A stretch of 64,000 bases of DNA from Candidatus Helarchaeota archaeon (GTDB lineage Archaea; Asgardarchaeota; Lokiarchaeia; Helarchaeales; RDOG01): NCBI GenBank assembly GCA_019058315.1, contig JAHPZH010000003.1, positions 779,983 through 843,982 of the forward strand, in the 5' to 3' direction. Below the pieces are notes generated by a model, which was not told the origin of the DNA, did not search any database, and saw nothing but the letters and a program-made list of their open reading frames with translations. A program made the position numbers and the translations under genes. Below are positions 43,191-53,500 of this stretch, one piece after another; the first letter of the stretch is position 1, and each line of letters starts with the position of its first letter.

Positions 43191-44495
43191 ATGAGTGAAA
43201 AATCCAAAGCTAATCTACAAATAGCCTTAGATTTCATGAATCTTGATAGAGCGCTTCAAGTTGCTAAAGAATCAGTAGCTGGTGGTGTTGATTGGATAGA
43301 AGTTGGTACTCCTTTAATTAAATCTGAGGGAATGAATGCAGTAAGAGTAATAAGAAAGGAGTTTCCTGACCATATTGTCGTGGCAGATATGAAAATCATG
43401 GATGTTGGTACAATAGAAGTTGAAATGGCTACAAAAGCTGGTGCTAATGTGGTTATAGTTTTAGGTGTATCAGACAATTCCACCATAATTGAAGCTGTTG
43501 AAGCGGGAAAACGTTATGGCTCAAAGATCATGTGTGATCTTATTAATGTTGAAAATATGCTGGAAAGGGCTGTAGAATTAGAAAGATTAGGTGTTAACAT
43601 CATTTGCGTGCATATTGGAATTGACCAACAAGTAAAAGGAATGAAGCCAATAGAGATCACGAAACAAATTTCAGAAGTTCTTTCAACTTCAGAACTTGCA
43701 GTTGCAGGAGGATTAAATTCCGAGACAGCTCCTTTAGCAGTTTCAGCAGGTGCGAATGTAATAATTATCGGACACGCTATAACAGCAGCTTCGAATTGTA
43801 AAGAAGCCACAGAAATTATTAAAAAGGCTATGGCAACAAAAAAACCAATTAAATCTAAACTAATGAAAAAATATGATGAAAAAGACCTTTACGAAGTTTT
43901 TAAGCTTGTTTCAACACCAAATATCTCTGATGCTCTTCATAGAGCTCCATGTATGAGAGAGATCCACCCTATCTTTCCTGGAATCAAAATTGTTGGTAAA
44001 GCCGTTACTGTTAGAGCATATAATGGTGATTGGAGCAAACCGGTTGAAGCCATCGATATTGCCGGAAAAGGAGATGTTATAGTTATCGAAGAAGATGGAG
44101 ATATTGCAGTATGGGGAGAACTAGCTAGCAATTCATGTCAAGTAAGGGGAATTGAGGGAGTTGTAATCGATGGTGCAATTAGAGACGTTGACGATATAAG
44201 AGAATTGAAATATCCAGCTTTTGCTAAATATATTCGATCGAATGCTGGGGATCCGAAAGGATTTGGAGAAATTAATATTGAGATTGAAGCTGGTGGTTTA
44301 AAAGTTCGTCCTGGCGACTGGATCGTAGGTGATGATAACGGAGTTATAGTAATTCCTAAAGAAAAAGCACAAGAAATGGCGAATCGTGCATTAATGGTTC
44401 TAGAAAATGAAAACCGGATAAGAGAAGAAATTAAACGAGGAAGTACATTAGCGAAAGTCTTGAAATTAAAGAAATGGGAGAAAGTATTAGGTTAG
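43191..44495 (+). CDS. hxlA: 3-hexulose-6-phosphate synthase fused to RraA/HMG-aldolase-like domain
   Basis: LQIALD, WIEVGTPLIKSEG, ADMKIMD, H.G.DQQ, AVAGG; C-terminal STPNISDA, AVWGEL, VIDGAIRD, PGDWIVGD.NGV. Confidence 0.9.
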   Translation: MSEKSKANLQIALDFMNLDRALQVAKESVAGGVDWIEVGTPLIKSEGMNAVRVIRKEFPDHIVVADMKIMDVGTIEVEMATKAGANVVIVLGVSDNSTIIEAVEAGKRYGSKIMCDLINVENMLERAVELERLGVNIICVHIGIDQQVKGMKPIEITKQISEVLSTSELAVAGGLNSETAPLAVSAGANVIIIGHAITAASNCKEATEIIKKAMATKKPIKSKLMKKYDEKDLYEVFKLVSTPNISDALHRAPCMREIHPIFPGIKIVGKAVTVRAYNGDWSKPVEAIDIAGKGDVIVIEEDGDIAVWGELASNSCQVRGIEGVVIDGAIRDVDDIRELKYPAFAKYIRSNAGDPKGFGEINIEIEAGGLKVRPGDWIVGDDNGVIVIPKEKAQEMANRALMVLENENRIREEIKRGSTLAKVLKLKKWEKVLG

Positions 44496-44523
44496 AGAAA
44501 TAGAAAAATAAAGGTTAAAAAAA

Positions 44524-45435
44524 TTGAAAATAGCCGTTATGGGTGCAGGAGCTATAGGTTCGCTATTTGGAGGTCTACTTTCAAATTCCGGTGAGGATGT
44601 AACTTTAGTTGGGCGCCCAGAACATATGGCTACTATAAATAATAATGGCTTGAAAATAGATGGAGTTAGTGGAGAGCATATTATCAAAGTTAAAACCACT
44701 TCAAACGCTGGCGATCTTGATAAGGTTGATTTAATATTATTAACTGTAAAAGCTTATGATGTAGATAAAGCAGTTCGTGAAATAAATTCCATTGTTGGAA
44801 CAAACACATTAGTTTTATGCCTACAAAACGGACTTGGCATTGTTGAGATAGTATCTAATACTATAAAAGAAAAACAAATAATACGTGGAACAACAACTAA
44901 TGGGGCATTATTTATTGAACCAGGACATATTAAACACACTGGAAAAGGAGATACAATAATAGGCAGAATGGGAGGAGAAGTTGATAGCAGATTAGAAGAG
45001 ATCAAAGCAGTTTTTGATAAAGCAGGGTTTCCTACAACAATCTCTACTACAATGAATGAAATCTTATGGAATAAGTTGCTTATAAATATTTCAATTAATC
45101 CTTTTGGTGCACTTACCAATCTTCCGAATGGTCAATTAAGAGAATTATTTGCAAATTCTATGAAAATAGTAATTTCTGAAGCTATTGAAGTTGCCAAAAA
45201 TGTCGGAATTGAGTTAGATTTAAATACAGCTATAGACAAAACATTTACAGTGCAATTTAATACTAAAAACAACCGCAATTCGATGCTTCAAGACGTTGAA
45301 CGCAAGAAAAAAACTGAGATTGATTTCATTAATGGTATAGTTGTAAAATATGGAAAGATAGTCAAAGTTCCCACACCTTTAAATTCTCTTTTAACCTCTC
45401 TTATACATGGATTAGAACAATCTTATATGAGTTGA
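44524..45435 (+). CDS. panE: 2-dehydropantoate 2-reductase
   Basis: GAGAIG, TVKAY, LQNGLG, W.KL..N..INP, SMLQD...KKTEIDFING. Confidence 0.93.
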   Translation: MKIAVMGAGAIGSLFGGLLSNSGEDVTLVGRPEHMATINNNGLKIDGVSGEHIIKVKTTSNAGDLDKVDLILLTVKAYDVDKAVREINSIVGTNTLVLCLQNGLGIVEIVSNTIKEKQIIRGTTTNGALFIEPGHIKHTGKGDTIIGRMGGEVDSRLEEIKAVFDKAGFPTTISTTMNEILWNKLLINISINPFGALTNLPNGQLRELFANSMKIVISEAIEVAKNVGIELDLNTAIDKTFTVQFNTKNNRNSMLQDVERKKKTEIDFINGIVVKYGKIVKVPTPLNSLLTSLIHGLEQSYMS

Positions 45436-46640
45436 GTAGATTCTTGCAAATGAATGGATGTTCGGCAGAAAAAATATTAAAAAAACTCGGTAAAATTATG
45501 GGAGCCGATATGTCATATGAAGAACCGGGCATCCTTGGTTCAATGTGCACTTCACCTTTAGAATTTGCCAATCAAATTTTCGCAACTTATCTCCATAAGA
45601 ATCTTGGAGATCCTGGGCTTTGGTTAGGAACTTGGGCAATTGAGCGTGATGTAATTAAAATGCTCGGAAATTTACTTAATGACCCTAATTGCTCAGGTTA
45701 TCTTGTAACAGGTGGAACTGAAGCGAATTTAATTGCTATGAAAGCTGCTAGAGATACCGCTCGATTTGATGGAAGATCCGAAATAGTAGTTCCAGAATCC
45801 GCACATGCTTCATTTGATAAAGCAGCGGACCTGATGAGACTAAAAGTAATTAAAGTACCATTAAATGAGGAATATACTGTTGATATAGAGGGAGTAGAAG
45901 AAGCTATAAGTAAAAGGACAGTGGCGATTGTGGGTATTGCAGGCAGTACAAGCCTGGGAACAATTGATAATGTGGAGAAACTCTCTGAAATTGCATTAGA
46001 TCATGGGATTTATTTACATGTGGACGCAGCATTTGGTGGTTTTGTTATCCCATTTATGAAACGTATGGGTTATGAACTTCCAAAATTTGATTTTGAATTA
46101 CCAGGTGTATTAAGTATAACAGTTGATCCTCATAAAATGGGATTAGGTCCTATTCCTTCGGGAGGTATTCTATTCCGAAGTGAACAAAATATAGTAAAAA
46201 GTTTTTATAACATTCCATATCTTGCTGGAGGTAAATTTAAACAGGCAACTATTGTCGGAACACGCTCAGGAGCCTCAGTTATAGCAACATGGGCTATAAT
46301 GAAATTTTTAGGAATTATGGGATATATAGATATAGTTCGTAAATGTATGAAGCTAACAAACTACTTTGCAGACAGTTTAAGGGAAATTGAAGGGATAAAA
46401 TTAGTTCGGGAACCAGTAATGAATATAATTGGTTTTACTTCTAATAAATTTTCAAATTATAAAATAGATAAGGAACTACGTAGAAAAAGATGGGCCATCG
46501 GTTGTTTTCCGGATATGTTGCGGGTTGTTGTAATGCCACATATACAAAAATCTCATGTGGATAAATTTATTCACGATTTAAAGAAAATTACAGCATCTTT
46601 GATTCCTGAAGAAACGCCTAAAGATAAATATTATTTGTGA
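45432..46640 (+). CDS. mfnA: PLP-dependent tyrosine/aspartate decarboxylase (beta-alanine forming)
   Basis: ILGSMCT, NLGDPGL, GGTEAN, HVDAAFGG, DPHKMG, GTRSG. Confidence 0.92.
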   Translation: MSRFLQMNGCSAEKILKKLGKIMGADMSYEEPGILGSMCTSPLEFANQIFATYLHKNLGDPGLWLGTWAIERDVIKMLGNLLNDPNCSGYLVTGGTEANLIAMKAARDTARFDGRSEIVVPESAHASFDKAADLMRLKVIKVPLNEEYTVDIEGVEEAISKRTVAIVGIAGSTSLGTIDNVEKLSEIALDHGIYLHVDAAFGGFVIPFMKRMGYELPKFDFELPGVLSITVDPHKMGLGPIPSGGILFRSEQNIVKSFYNIPYLAGGKFKQATIVGTRSGASVIATWAIMKFLGIMGYIDIVRKCMKLTNYFADSLREIEGIKLVREPVMNIIGFTSNKFSNYKIDKELRRKRWAIGCFPDMLRVVVMPHIQKSHVDKFIHDLKKITASLIPEETPKDKYYL

Positions 46641-46660
46641 TTCGTGTATTAAAAGAAAAA

Positions 46661-47101
46661 TCAGGTTTTACCTACTTTTTTTGATATTTTTTTGATCGTT
46701 TCTTGATCAATCATATCTGATTCTATCAAATTTCTAATTATTTTATAACCACCACATTGAAGATACTCGTCACCTTCCCCATGTTCGGATTCGGTATAGA
46801 ATCCACATGCGATTTTACAGAAATTTTTGACCAAAAATAAATCTAATTTTGATAAACCTTTTTCTTCTTTGTTTTGATGACTTATTATTTTAGCTAATTC
46901 TTTAAGTTTTTCACGATCGATAAATTCGTTTTCGAGCTGATATCTTATAAATTTAAAACTTCCACAATCTAATATTTCCTCTTCATCCACTTCTTCGCCT
47001 TCTTTATAGAATTTGCATGCAACTTTACAAATTTCATTTACTATAAAATCTTCTAATTCCTTTAGCTTATTATTTTTTTTAATTTTAATCAACTCATTCA
47101 T
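46661..47101 (-). CDS. Duplicated Cys-motif protein, radical SAM partner
   Basis: Two copies of C-K-x-A-C-x-F-Y...L-x-C-G-x-F/Y; 4-bp overlap with the radical SAM gene. Confidence 0.75.
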   Translation of the reverse strand: MNELIKIKKNNKLKELEDFIVNEICKVACKFYKEGEEVDEEEILDCGSFKFIRYQLENEFIDREKLKELAKIISHQNKEEKGLSKLDLFLVKNFCKIACGFYTESEHGEGDEYLQCGGYKIIRNLIESDMIDQETIKKISKKVGKT

Positions 47102-48318
47102 TTGTTATTATTATAATCAAAATTATAGCTAATACATCTAATTTTATCTACTCCTAAGATATCATTTGTTAGAGTTAATGCCCTGTATCGACAACCGCCC
47201 TTACAGTCTTCTAAATAAGGGCAATTAACCTTATTACATTTTAATTCTTCTTGTTTCCAGATATAATTCTTCTGAATTTTTTTCCAGCAATTCAATAAAG
47301 ACTCCTTATTAAGGTTTCCGACAGGTTTGTCTCCAAAAAATTGACATTTACTTACATTTCCATCTGGCATAATTGCACAAACATGTGACCCACAAGCAAA
47401 TATTGAACTTTGTTCTTCGGGAAAACCACCCCAACCAAAATTTTTCAAAGCATCTACAGCTTTTTTAAAGTCGGGTACGAAATTTTTGTTCTTTTCAAAT
47501 TCTCCTGTTAATATAGGAACGTCTAAAGTCCAATTTTCCACCTTTAACTCTTTTAATATTTTTTCTAATCGTGGAAATTCTTTTAAATTTTTATTGTGTA
47601 TCATAGTTGCAACTTCGATTGGAATTTCCGCTTCTTTTAGCATTTTTATAGCAGCAATAGCTTTAGAAAAAGCATTTTTATCCGCTCTAAATTCATTATG
47701 GCTTTCTATTCCATCTATAGAAATTTGAACTTCATGAACATATTCTTTAATATATTCAACCAGCTCGGGTTTCATTAAAGTGCCATTTGTAAGAAGCATA
47801 ATTCTGATGGGGAACTGACTAATAAATTTGAGTAACTCTTTAAACTGAGGATGCATAAGGGGTTCTCCACCAGATAAGAGTACTCTTAAGCCTTGCATAT
47901 TATAGAATTCAGGAATGAATTTTTTAATTAAGGTTAAAGGGAGATCTAAGTTCTTTTTTTCTCCAACATAACAATGAACACATTTTAAATTACATCTTAA
48001 GGTGATATGGATTAAAACACTTCTTAGAGATGGTAAAGGAGGTTTTTGGGTTTCTTCTTCTAAATTATTTTTTCCATTTGGGTTTTTTTTGTCAATTATT
48101 ATACCATTTTGTATCAGATCTTTAGTAAATTCCTTTAATTCGTCTAAATTTATACCAATTTGTTCAGAAATTTCGGATAAACTCCATTTTCCTGTAAAAA
48201 GACGAGTTGCTCTAAAAGCTTCTTCATCCAAATTAAATATTTCCTCATTTTTATAATCATATAAAATATAATCTTCTAGATTACGAAGAGTAAAATTTTT
48301 GGTAATTATAGGATGCAT
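47098..48318 (-). CDS. RRE(PqqD-like)-radical SAM-SPASM peptide maturase
   Basis: N-terminal three-strand plus wHTH segment (YILYDYKNEEIFNLDEEAF...LIQNGII), CNLKCVHC, SGGEP, TNG, SIDG, SPASM CGSHVC..DGNVSKC...C..NC....CKGGC...C. Confidence 0.88.
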   Translation of the reverse strand: MHPIITKNFTLRNLEDYILYDYKNEEIFNLDEEAFRATRLFTGKWSLSEISEQIGINLDELKEFTKDLIQNGIIIDKKNPNGKNNLEEETQKPPLPSLRSVLIHITLRCNLKCVHCYVGEKKNLDLPLTLIKKFIPEFYNMQGLRVLLSGGEPLMHPQFKELLKFISQFPIRIMLLTNGTLMKPELVEYIKEYVHEVQISIDGIESHNEFRADKNAFSKAIAAIKMLKEAEIPIEVATMIHNKNLKEFPRLEKILKELKVENWTLDVPILTGEFEKNKNFVPDFKKAVDALKNFGWGGFPEEQSSIFACGSHVCAIMPDGNVSKCQFFGDKPVGNLNKESLLNCWKKIQKNYIWKQEELKCNKVNCPYLEDCKGGCRYRALTLTNDILGVDKIRCISYNFDYNNNK

Positions 48319-48370
48319 AAAAACTCATACTTCAACTTTAATTTTTTGGGTAATATTTAATTTAATAAGA

Positions 48371-48408
48371 GTAATACGCCCGCATACTATTTTAAATGCG
48401 CGTATTAC
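48371..48408. promoter_or_regulatory. GC-rich inverted repeat in the divergent rSAM/peptide intergenic region
   Basis: GTAATACG(CC)CGCAT 48371-48385 / ATGCGCGTATTAC 48396-48408. Confidence 0.55.
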
Positions 48409-48444
48409 CCGATAAAATCCATTATTTTATCCATTTTTACTTAT

Positions 48445-48461
48445 CCTTTATATATTAAAAA
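48445..48461 (+). promoter_or_regulatory. TATA-box promoter for the small peptide gene
   Basis: CCTTTATATATTAAAAA ending 40 bp before ATG 48501; an identical 17-mer occurs on the minus strand at 13534-13518. Confidence 0.55.
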
Positions 48462-48500
48462 AACACACTATAATCAATAAATAATTTGGTTTGATTAAAA

Positions 48501-48566
48501 ATGAAAATTACTCGAGTTAGTAAAAAGAAAAAAACTGCAGCATGCGCATGCAAAAAATGCTGTTAA
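48501..48566 (+). CDS. Putative RiPP precursor peptide MKITRVSKKKKTAACACKKCC (21 aa)
   Basis: ATG 48501 to TAA 48564-48566; basic leader plus CxCxxCC core; TATA upstream, T-run downstream; divergent from RRE-rSAM-SPASM gene. Confidence 0.75.
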   Translation: MKITRVSKKKKTAACACKKCC

Positions 48567-48573
48567 AACAACC

Positions 48574-48581
48574 TTTTTTTT
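48574..48581 (+). terminator. Oligo-T archaeal terminator
   Basis: T8 run 8 bp after the peptide stop codon. Confidence 0.45.
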
Positions 48582-48649
48582 ATTTTCTACTATTTTTTAT
48601 ATAACATAAGTAGTTTATTTTGCTTATTCTTATCTAGTTTTATAAAATA

Positions 48650-49045
48650 TTAAGAAACTGGTGTCCAACTTAAAAAGTATGAGTTATCTATGTTTAGATA
48701 TTCAGCTTTCATTTTCATTCCTATTTTAAGATCCTTTTCCTTTGCCATAATTCTCGCAATTGACCTACCTATTTCTTCTTTTAATTCAATAATCCCCAAA
48801 ATATAAGATTGTTCAACTGAATATTCAATAGAAGTCCAACTATAGAGAGTTCCTTCACCACTTAATTCAAACCATTCTATTTCTTTCGATAAACATTTTG
48901 GGCAATGAGCTAAGGGAGGAAAAAATTTAATCCCACATTTTTTACATTTAGGTGCAAATAGCTTTTTGTCTTTCAATCCGTCCCAGAACTTCTTAATGTG
49001 CTTAGATTTAAATGGAGTTAAATATTTATCTGAAATTTTAATCAC
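48650..49045 (-). CDS. DUF35/ChsH2-type Zn-ribbon OB-fold protein
   Basis: FWDGL..KKL..PKCKKCG..FFPP..HCPKC, SGEGTLYSWT. Confidence 0.9.
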   Translation of the reverse strand: MIKISDKYLTPFKSKHIKKFWDGLKDKKLFAPKCKKCGIKFFPPLAHCPKCLSKEIEWFELSGEGTLYSWTSIEYSVEQSYILGIIELKEEIGRSIARIMAKEKDLKIGMKMKAEYLNIDNSYFLSWTPVS

Positions 49046-50216
49046 CTCTACTTAAAATTGCTGTAAAACAATTATTTACAGTTCCACCTTCTGCTTGAAA
49101 TAGACCCATTTCTGCCCCATCTACCTGATTTTCATTCTCATTTCTTAATTGTCGCAGCAAACTAACTAATTCATAAATAGGTGTTGCCCAAGCAGGATGC
49201 CCACGTGATAATAAGCCACCATCAGTATTGATTGGAATTCTTCCGTCTTTCTCAGTCTCACCTTCACGAATTCCCTTTACCATATCACCCTTATTTTCAA
49301 AAAATCCTAGATCTTCAGGGATCATTAATTCATGAGCTGAAAAAGGAGCATATATTTCAGCTACATTAATATTTTGAGGTGTAATTTTTGCCATTTTATA
49401 AGCTTGACGTGCAGATTCTTTTGATGCAACGAATTCGGTTATTGGTTTTTGAAATGTATGTGAGATAAAACAACTATTATCGTGATATTCACCAAAGCCT
49501 TTGATGAAAATTGGTGTATCAGTATATTTTCGTGCGTCTTCTTTTCGAGTTAATATTATTGCTGCTGCTCCGTCCCTCATAGAAGAACAATCTAGCAATT
49601 TTAATGGACTGGAAATTATTTTCGAATTTAACACATCATCAATAGTTATAGGTTTTCGAAATGTGGCGTAAGGATTTTTTCGAGCATTCTTATTGTTTCT
49701 AACGACTGCTCTTGCAAAGTCTTCTTCCGAAGCTCCGTAATCATGCATATATCTTCTAGTAGAACACGCATATCCCCAGATAAATCCTACTGGACAAGAA
49801 GGTTGATCAATAGGTTCAAAAAATGCAGGTCCTTTTCCCTCTTCATGTAAAATTTCTAAGAATCGACTACCTAATGAATACTCCCTATCAGCACTATAAA
49901 TTACAATTGTGTTGATAAAACCCATTTGAATTTCATAAATTGCATGTTTCAGAGCTAGACCACCTGCGACTCCTCCACAGCCTATAGAATATGCAACTTT
50001 AGTGGGAAGATCCATTGCCTCTAGAACTAATGAAGTTTGCATTTCAATAGTATTAGCATAATTTGGAGTGGTTATAATTCCTTGAAGTTCTTCCTTATTC
50101 ATATTTGCATTTTCTAATGCTCTTGAAATGGCTTCTACTGCAAGGTCTGTTTCTGATTCTTGAGGGTATTTTCCAATTGGGATAGCTCCATAACCTATGA
50201 TAGCACTGTTAAACAT
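49038..50216 (-). CDS. Thiolase-family (SCP-x/Ltp2-like) protein
   Basis: NARKNPYA, PLKLLDCS...DGAAA, INTDGGLLSRGHP; ATG 50216 preferred over TTG 50234. Confidence 0.87.
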   Translation of the reverse strand: MFNSAIIGYGAIPIGKYPQESETDLAVEAISRALENANMNKEELQGIITTPNYANTIEMQTSLVLEAMDLPTKVAYSIGCGGVAGGLALKHAIYEIQMGFINTIVIYSADREYSLGSRFLEILHEEGKGPAFFEPIDQPSCPVGFIWGYACSTRRYMHDYGASEEDFARAVVRNNKNARKNPYATFRKPITIDDVLNSKIISSPLKLLDCSSMRDGAAAIILTRKEDARKYTDTPIFIKGFGEYHDNSCFISHTFQKPITEFVASKESARQAYKMAKITPQNINVAEIYAPFSAHELMIPEDLGFFENKGDMVKGIREGETEKDGRIPINTDGGLLSRGHPAWATPIYELVSLLRQLRNENENQVDGAEMGLFQAEGGTVNNCFTAILSRGD

Positions 50217-50591
50217 AATCAAAAAAACTTCCAATTATTTCATAAATGATTCGAAATTAATAAAATATTAATATTTTTAAACATAAAAGATATTATATTT
50301 CATTCCTTACTCTTACAAAGCAATTAATTTAGCTTATATTTCACTAATATAAATTTTAAACTTAACAACTTGTTAATAAAATAATTAAAGGATTAGATTT
50401 TTTAAAAATAATTAGAACATCTAAATCTAGAATATGAATAAATTTAAGAATGTAAAAAATCTAAAAATATAGGAGGTTTTTTGACTATAATTTATGCATC
50501 CGAGGGTTTTGGAAAAAATACCCCTAATTTCGAACTATAATTTGTAAATTTTCTAATATAAAATCTAAATTTTTTTATAAAATGAGGGAAT

Positions 50592-53500
50592 ATGGGCATG
50601 GATAATATACTTACAGTTAAGCCAGATTATTTGGGGAGATTAAATCTTATAACTGCAGTTGATCTATTTCGTGAATTACTTTGGGCTGAAGCAAGAAAAA
50701 ATGGAATACCAATAAGTAAGATTCATGTTTCAAGTCGTGTAACTGTAGCTGATGGAGGAATAGATGCTGAAGTTGATGAAACCAATATCACAAGTGATTT
50801 AATAATATCAGGAACAACAGGCTATCAGATAAAAACTGGTACTTCATTTGAACCATGGAGAGAATCTATAATAAAAAAAGAATTATTTGGTGAAAATAAA
50901 CCCGCAATTCTACAGAATTTAGGTCTAAGTATTAAAAATATTCTTGATAAAAATGGTACCTATGTAATCGTTTGTTTTGGGCATGATCTTGTATCTACCC
51001 AACGTACAGAAGCTCGAAGTATTATCTACGACTTTTTGACCGATTGTGGATATGAAAACCCGGATATAGAAGTTTGGGGTCAGACACAATTAATAGGATT
51101 TATTAGTGTATTTCCTTCATTGGTCTTGAAATTGATGGGTAGAGATAATTTAAAATTTCAGTCTCATACAAGTTGGGCTATGCAAGATGACATGAGAAAA
51201 ACATTTAACGCAGGAGAAGAACAACTAAATTTCATTCGTAAAATGCAAGATGAGTTAAGAAAAAATGACAAAGCTATACACATTAGAGTATTTGGTGAAC
51301 CAGGCATTGGCAAGACAAAACTTGTTTTAGAAGCCACAAGAGCGGAAGACCTTTCACCGCTAATTTTATACTGCAGCTCAGCTTCTATATTCAGAGATAG
51401 CAATTTAATGTACGAGCTTTTAAGGACTGATAATCAATTTCATGTGATCATAGTGATAGATGAATGTGATCAAGACAATCGTTCATATATATGGAACAAA
51501 TTTAAACATTATGGACCAAGAATAAAAATAATCTCAATTTTTAATGAATTTGATGAAACTACAGGGAACATTACCTATCTTGAAGTATTTAAACTGGAAA
51601 ATGAACAGATTTCTCTAATAATTCAGGGATATGGAATTGGTGAAGCACCTTCCATTAGATTTGCCGAAATTTGTGGCGGATCTCCAAGATATGCCCATCT
51701 TATTGGAAATAATTTAAGATATAATCCTGATGATATTTTTAAACCTCCTGATACGGTAGATATATGGACAAAACAAATTATTGGATCCGATCCTCCAGAT
51801 AGTGAGAAAGTTAGAAAAATAAGAATAATTCTTCGTCATATAGCACTCTTTAAAAAATTTGGTTATGAAAAACCTGCTGGTTCAGAAGCGGAAGAGATTT
51901 TAAAACTTATACAAAAAGTAGATCCCGATATCTCATGGGGTCATTTTCAAGAAATTATTGAGGAACTAAGAAATCGCAAGATACTTCAAGGTGAATTCAC
52001 TTTATATATAACTCCTAAAGCACTTCATATTAAATTATGGATAGAATGGTGGGAAATTTACGGAAAGTCAATTAAATTAGAAGAATTTTTAAAAAATCTT
52101 TCTTCACAGTTAAGGGAATGGTTTAATAATATGTTTAAATATGCTAAAGAGTCAAAATTTTCTTTAGAGAAAGTAAATGAAATTCTAGGAGAAAATGGAC
52201 CATTTCAAAAAGATTTTTTTTTTAATACCTCTTTAGGAGCAAAATTTTTTCTTGCTTTGACAGAAGCCAACCCTAAATCTGCATTAATATGCCTTAATAA
52301 AACAATCGGTCAAATGAGTAGGGAAGAACTTACAAAATTCAAAGATGGTCGCAGAGAGATAGTTTGGGCTCTTGAAAAGATAGTTATCTGGAAAGATTTA
52401 TTTATTGGAGGAGCTGATATTTTATTAGCACTTGCTGAAGCAGAAAATGAATCATGGTCAAATAATGCTACTGGTATTTTTATTGATTTATTTTCTCCTG
52501 GTTTTGGTCATGTTTCTATGTCAGAGGCATCACTTGAAGAAAGATTTCCAATTTTAGAAAAAGCAATTGAGTCAGATTCGAAGCTAAAGCGTGAAATAGG
52601 ATTTAAAGCATTAAATAATTCACTCAAGACTGGAAGATTTTCACGTATAGTGGGTGCAGAATATCAAGGGTTAAAAATGGGACCTAAATTTTGGGTTCCT
52701 AAAAATTATGAGGAAATTATAGACTGGTACTCAAAAATTTGGGATTATTTATTAGATAAAATGGATTATTTGATTGAAGATGAAAAGAGTACTGTAATTG
52801 ATATTCTACTTAATAATTCAAGAAATTTGATAATAATAAAAGAATTAACTAGAAAAATTATTGAAACATTAAAATTTTTAATAGAGAAGTTTGAACATAA
52901 AAGAAATGATATATTAAAGCATATTATAAATATTATACGTTATGAAAACAAAAATTTGGATGAAATTACATTAAATGAATTAGAGAACTTGAAGAAAAAA
53001 ATAATTGGAAATGATCTCCATTCCTTATTAAAAAGGTATGTAGGATTGATACTTATTGAAGATATGATTGACGAAAATGGAAAACATATTGATAAGAAAA
53101 AACCAATACTTGAAAAATTGGCAGTTGATGCAATTAAAAATAAAGAGAAATTAATACATGAGTTAGAATGGTTAACAACTTCTGAAGCAAAGGATGGCTC
53201 CAGATTTGGTTATGAATTAGGAATTAAAGATGAAAATTTTTCTTTGTTACCTAAATTAATTGAAACACAGAAAAAAATAAAACCAGATTCAAGTTTTATG
53301 TTTCTTTCTGGCTATTTTCGTGCGGTTTTTGAATTGAATCAGAATTTATGGGAAGAAAAATTAGATAACCTTAAAGAAAATAAAGAAACCATTAAATGGA
53401 TTCCTGAATTGACATTTAGAACAGGAATTACTGATAGAGCTGCTCTCCGTCTGCTTAGATTATTAGAAAAAGGATCTTTAGAGATAAAAGATTTTCAGAA

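Noticed and set aside
48540-48551. Perfect palindrome GCATGCGCATGC as an operator or ncRNA
   Set aside because: Better explained as the Ala-Cys-Ala-Cys codons of the 21-aa peptide gene.
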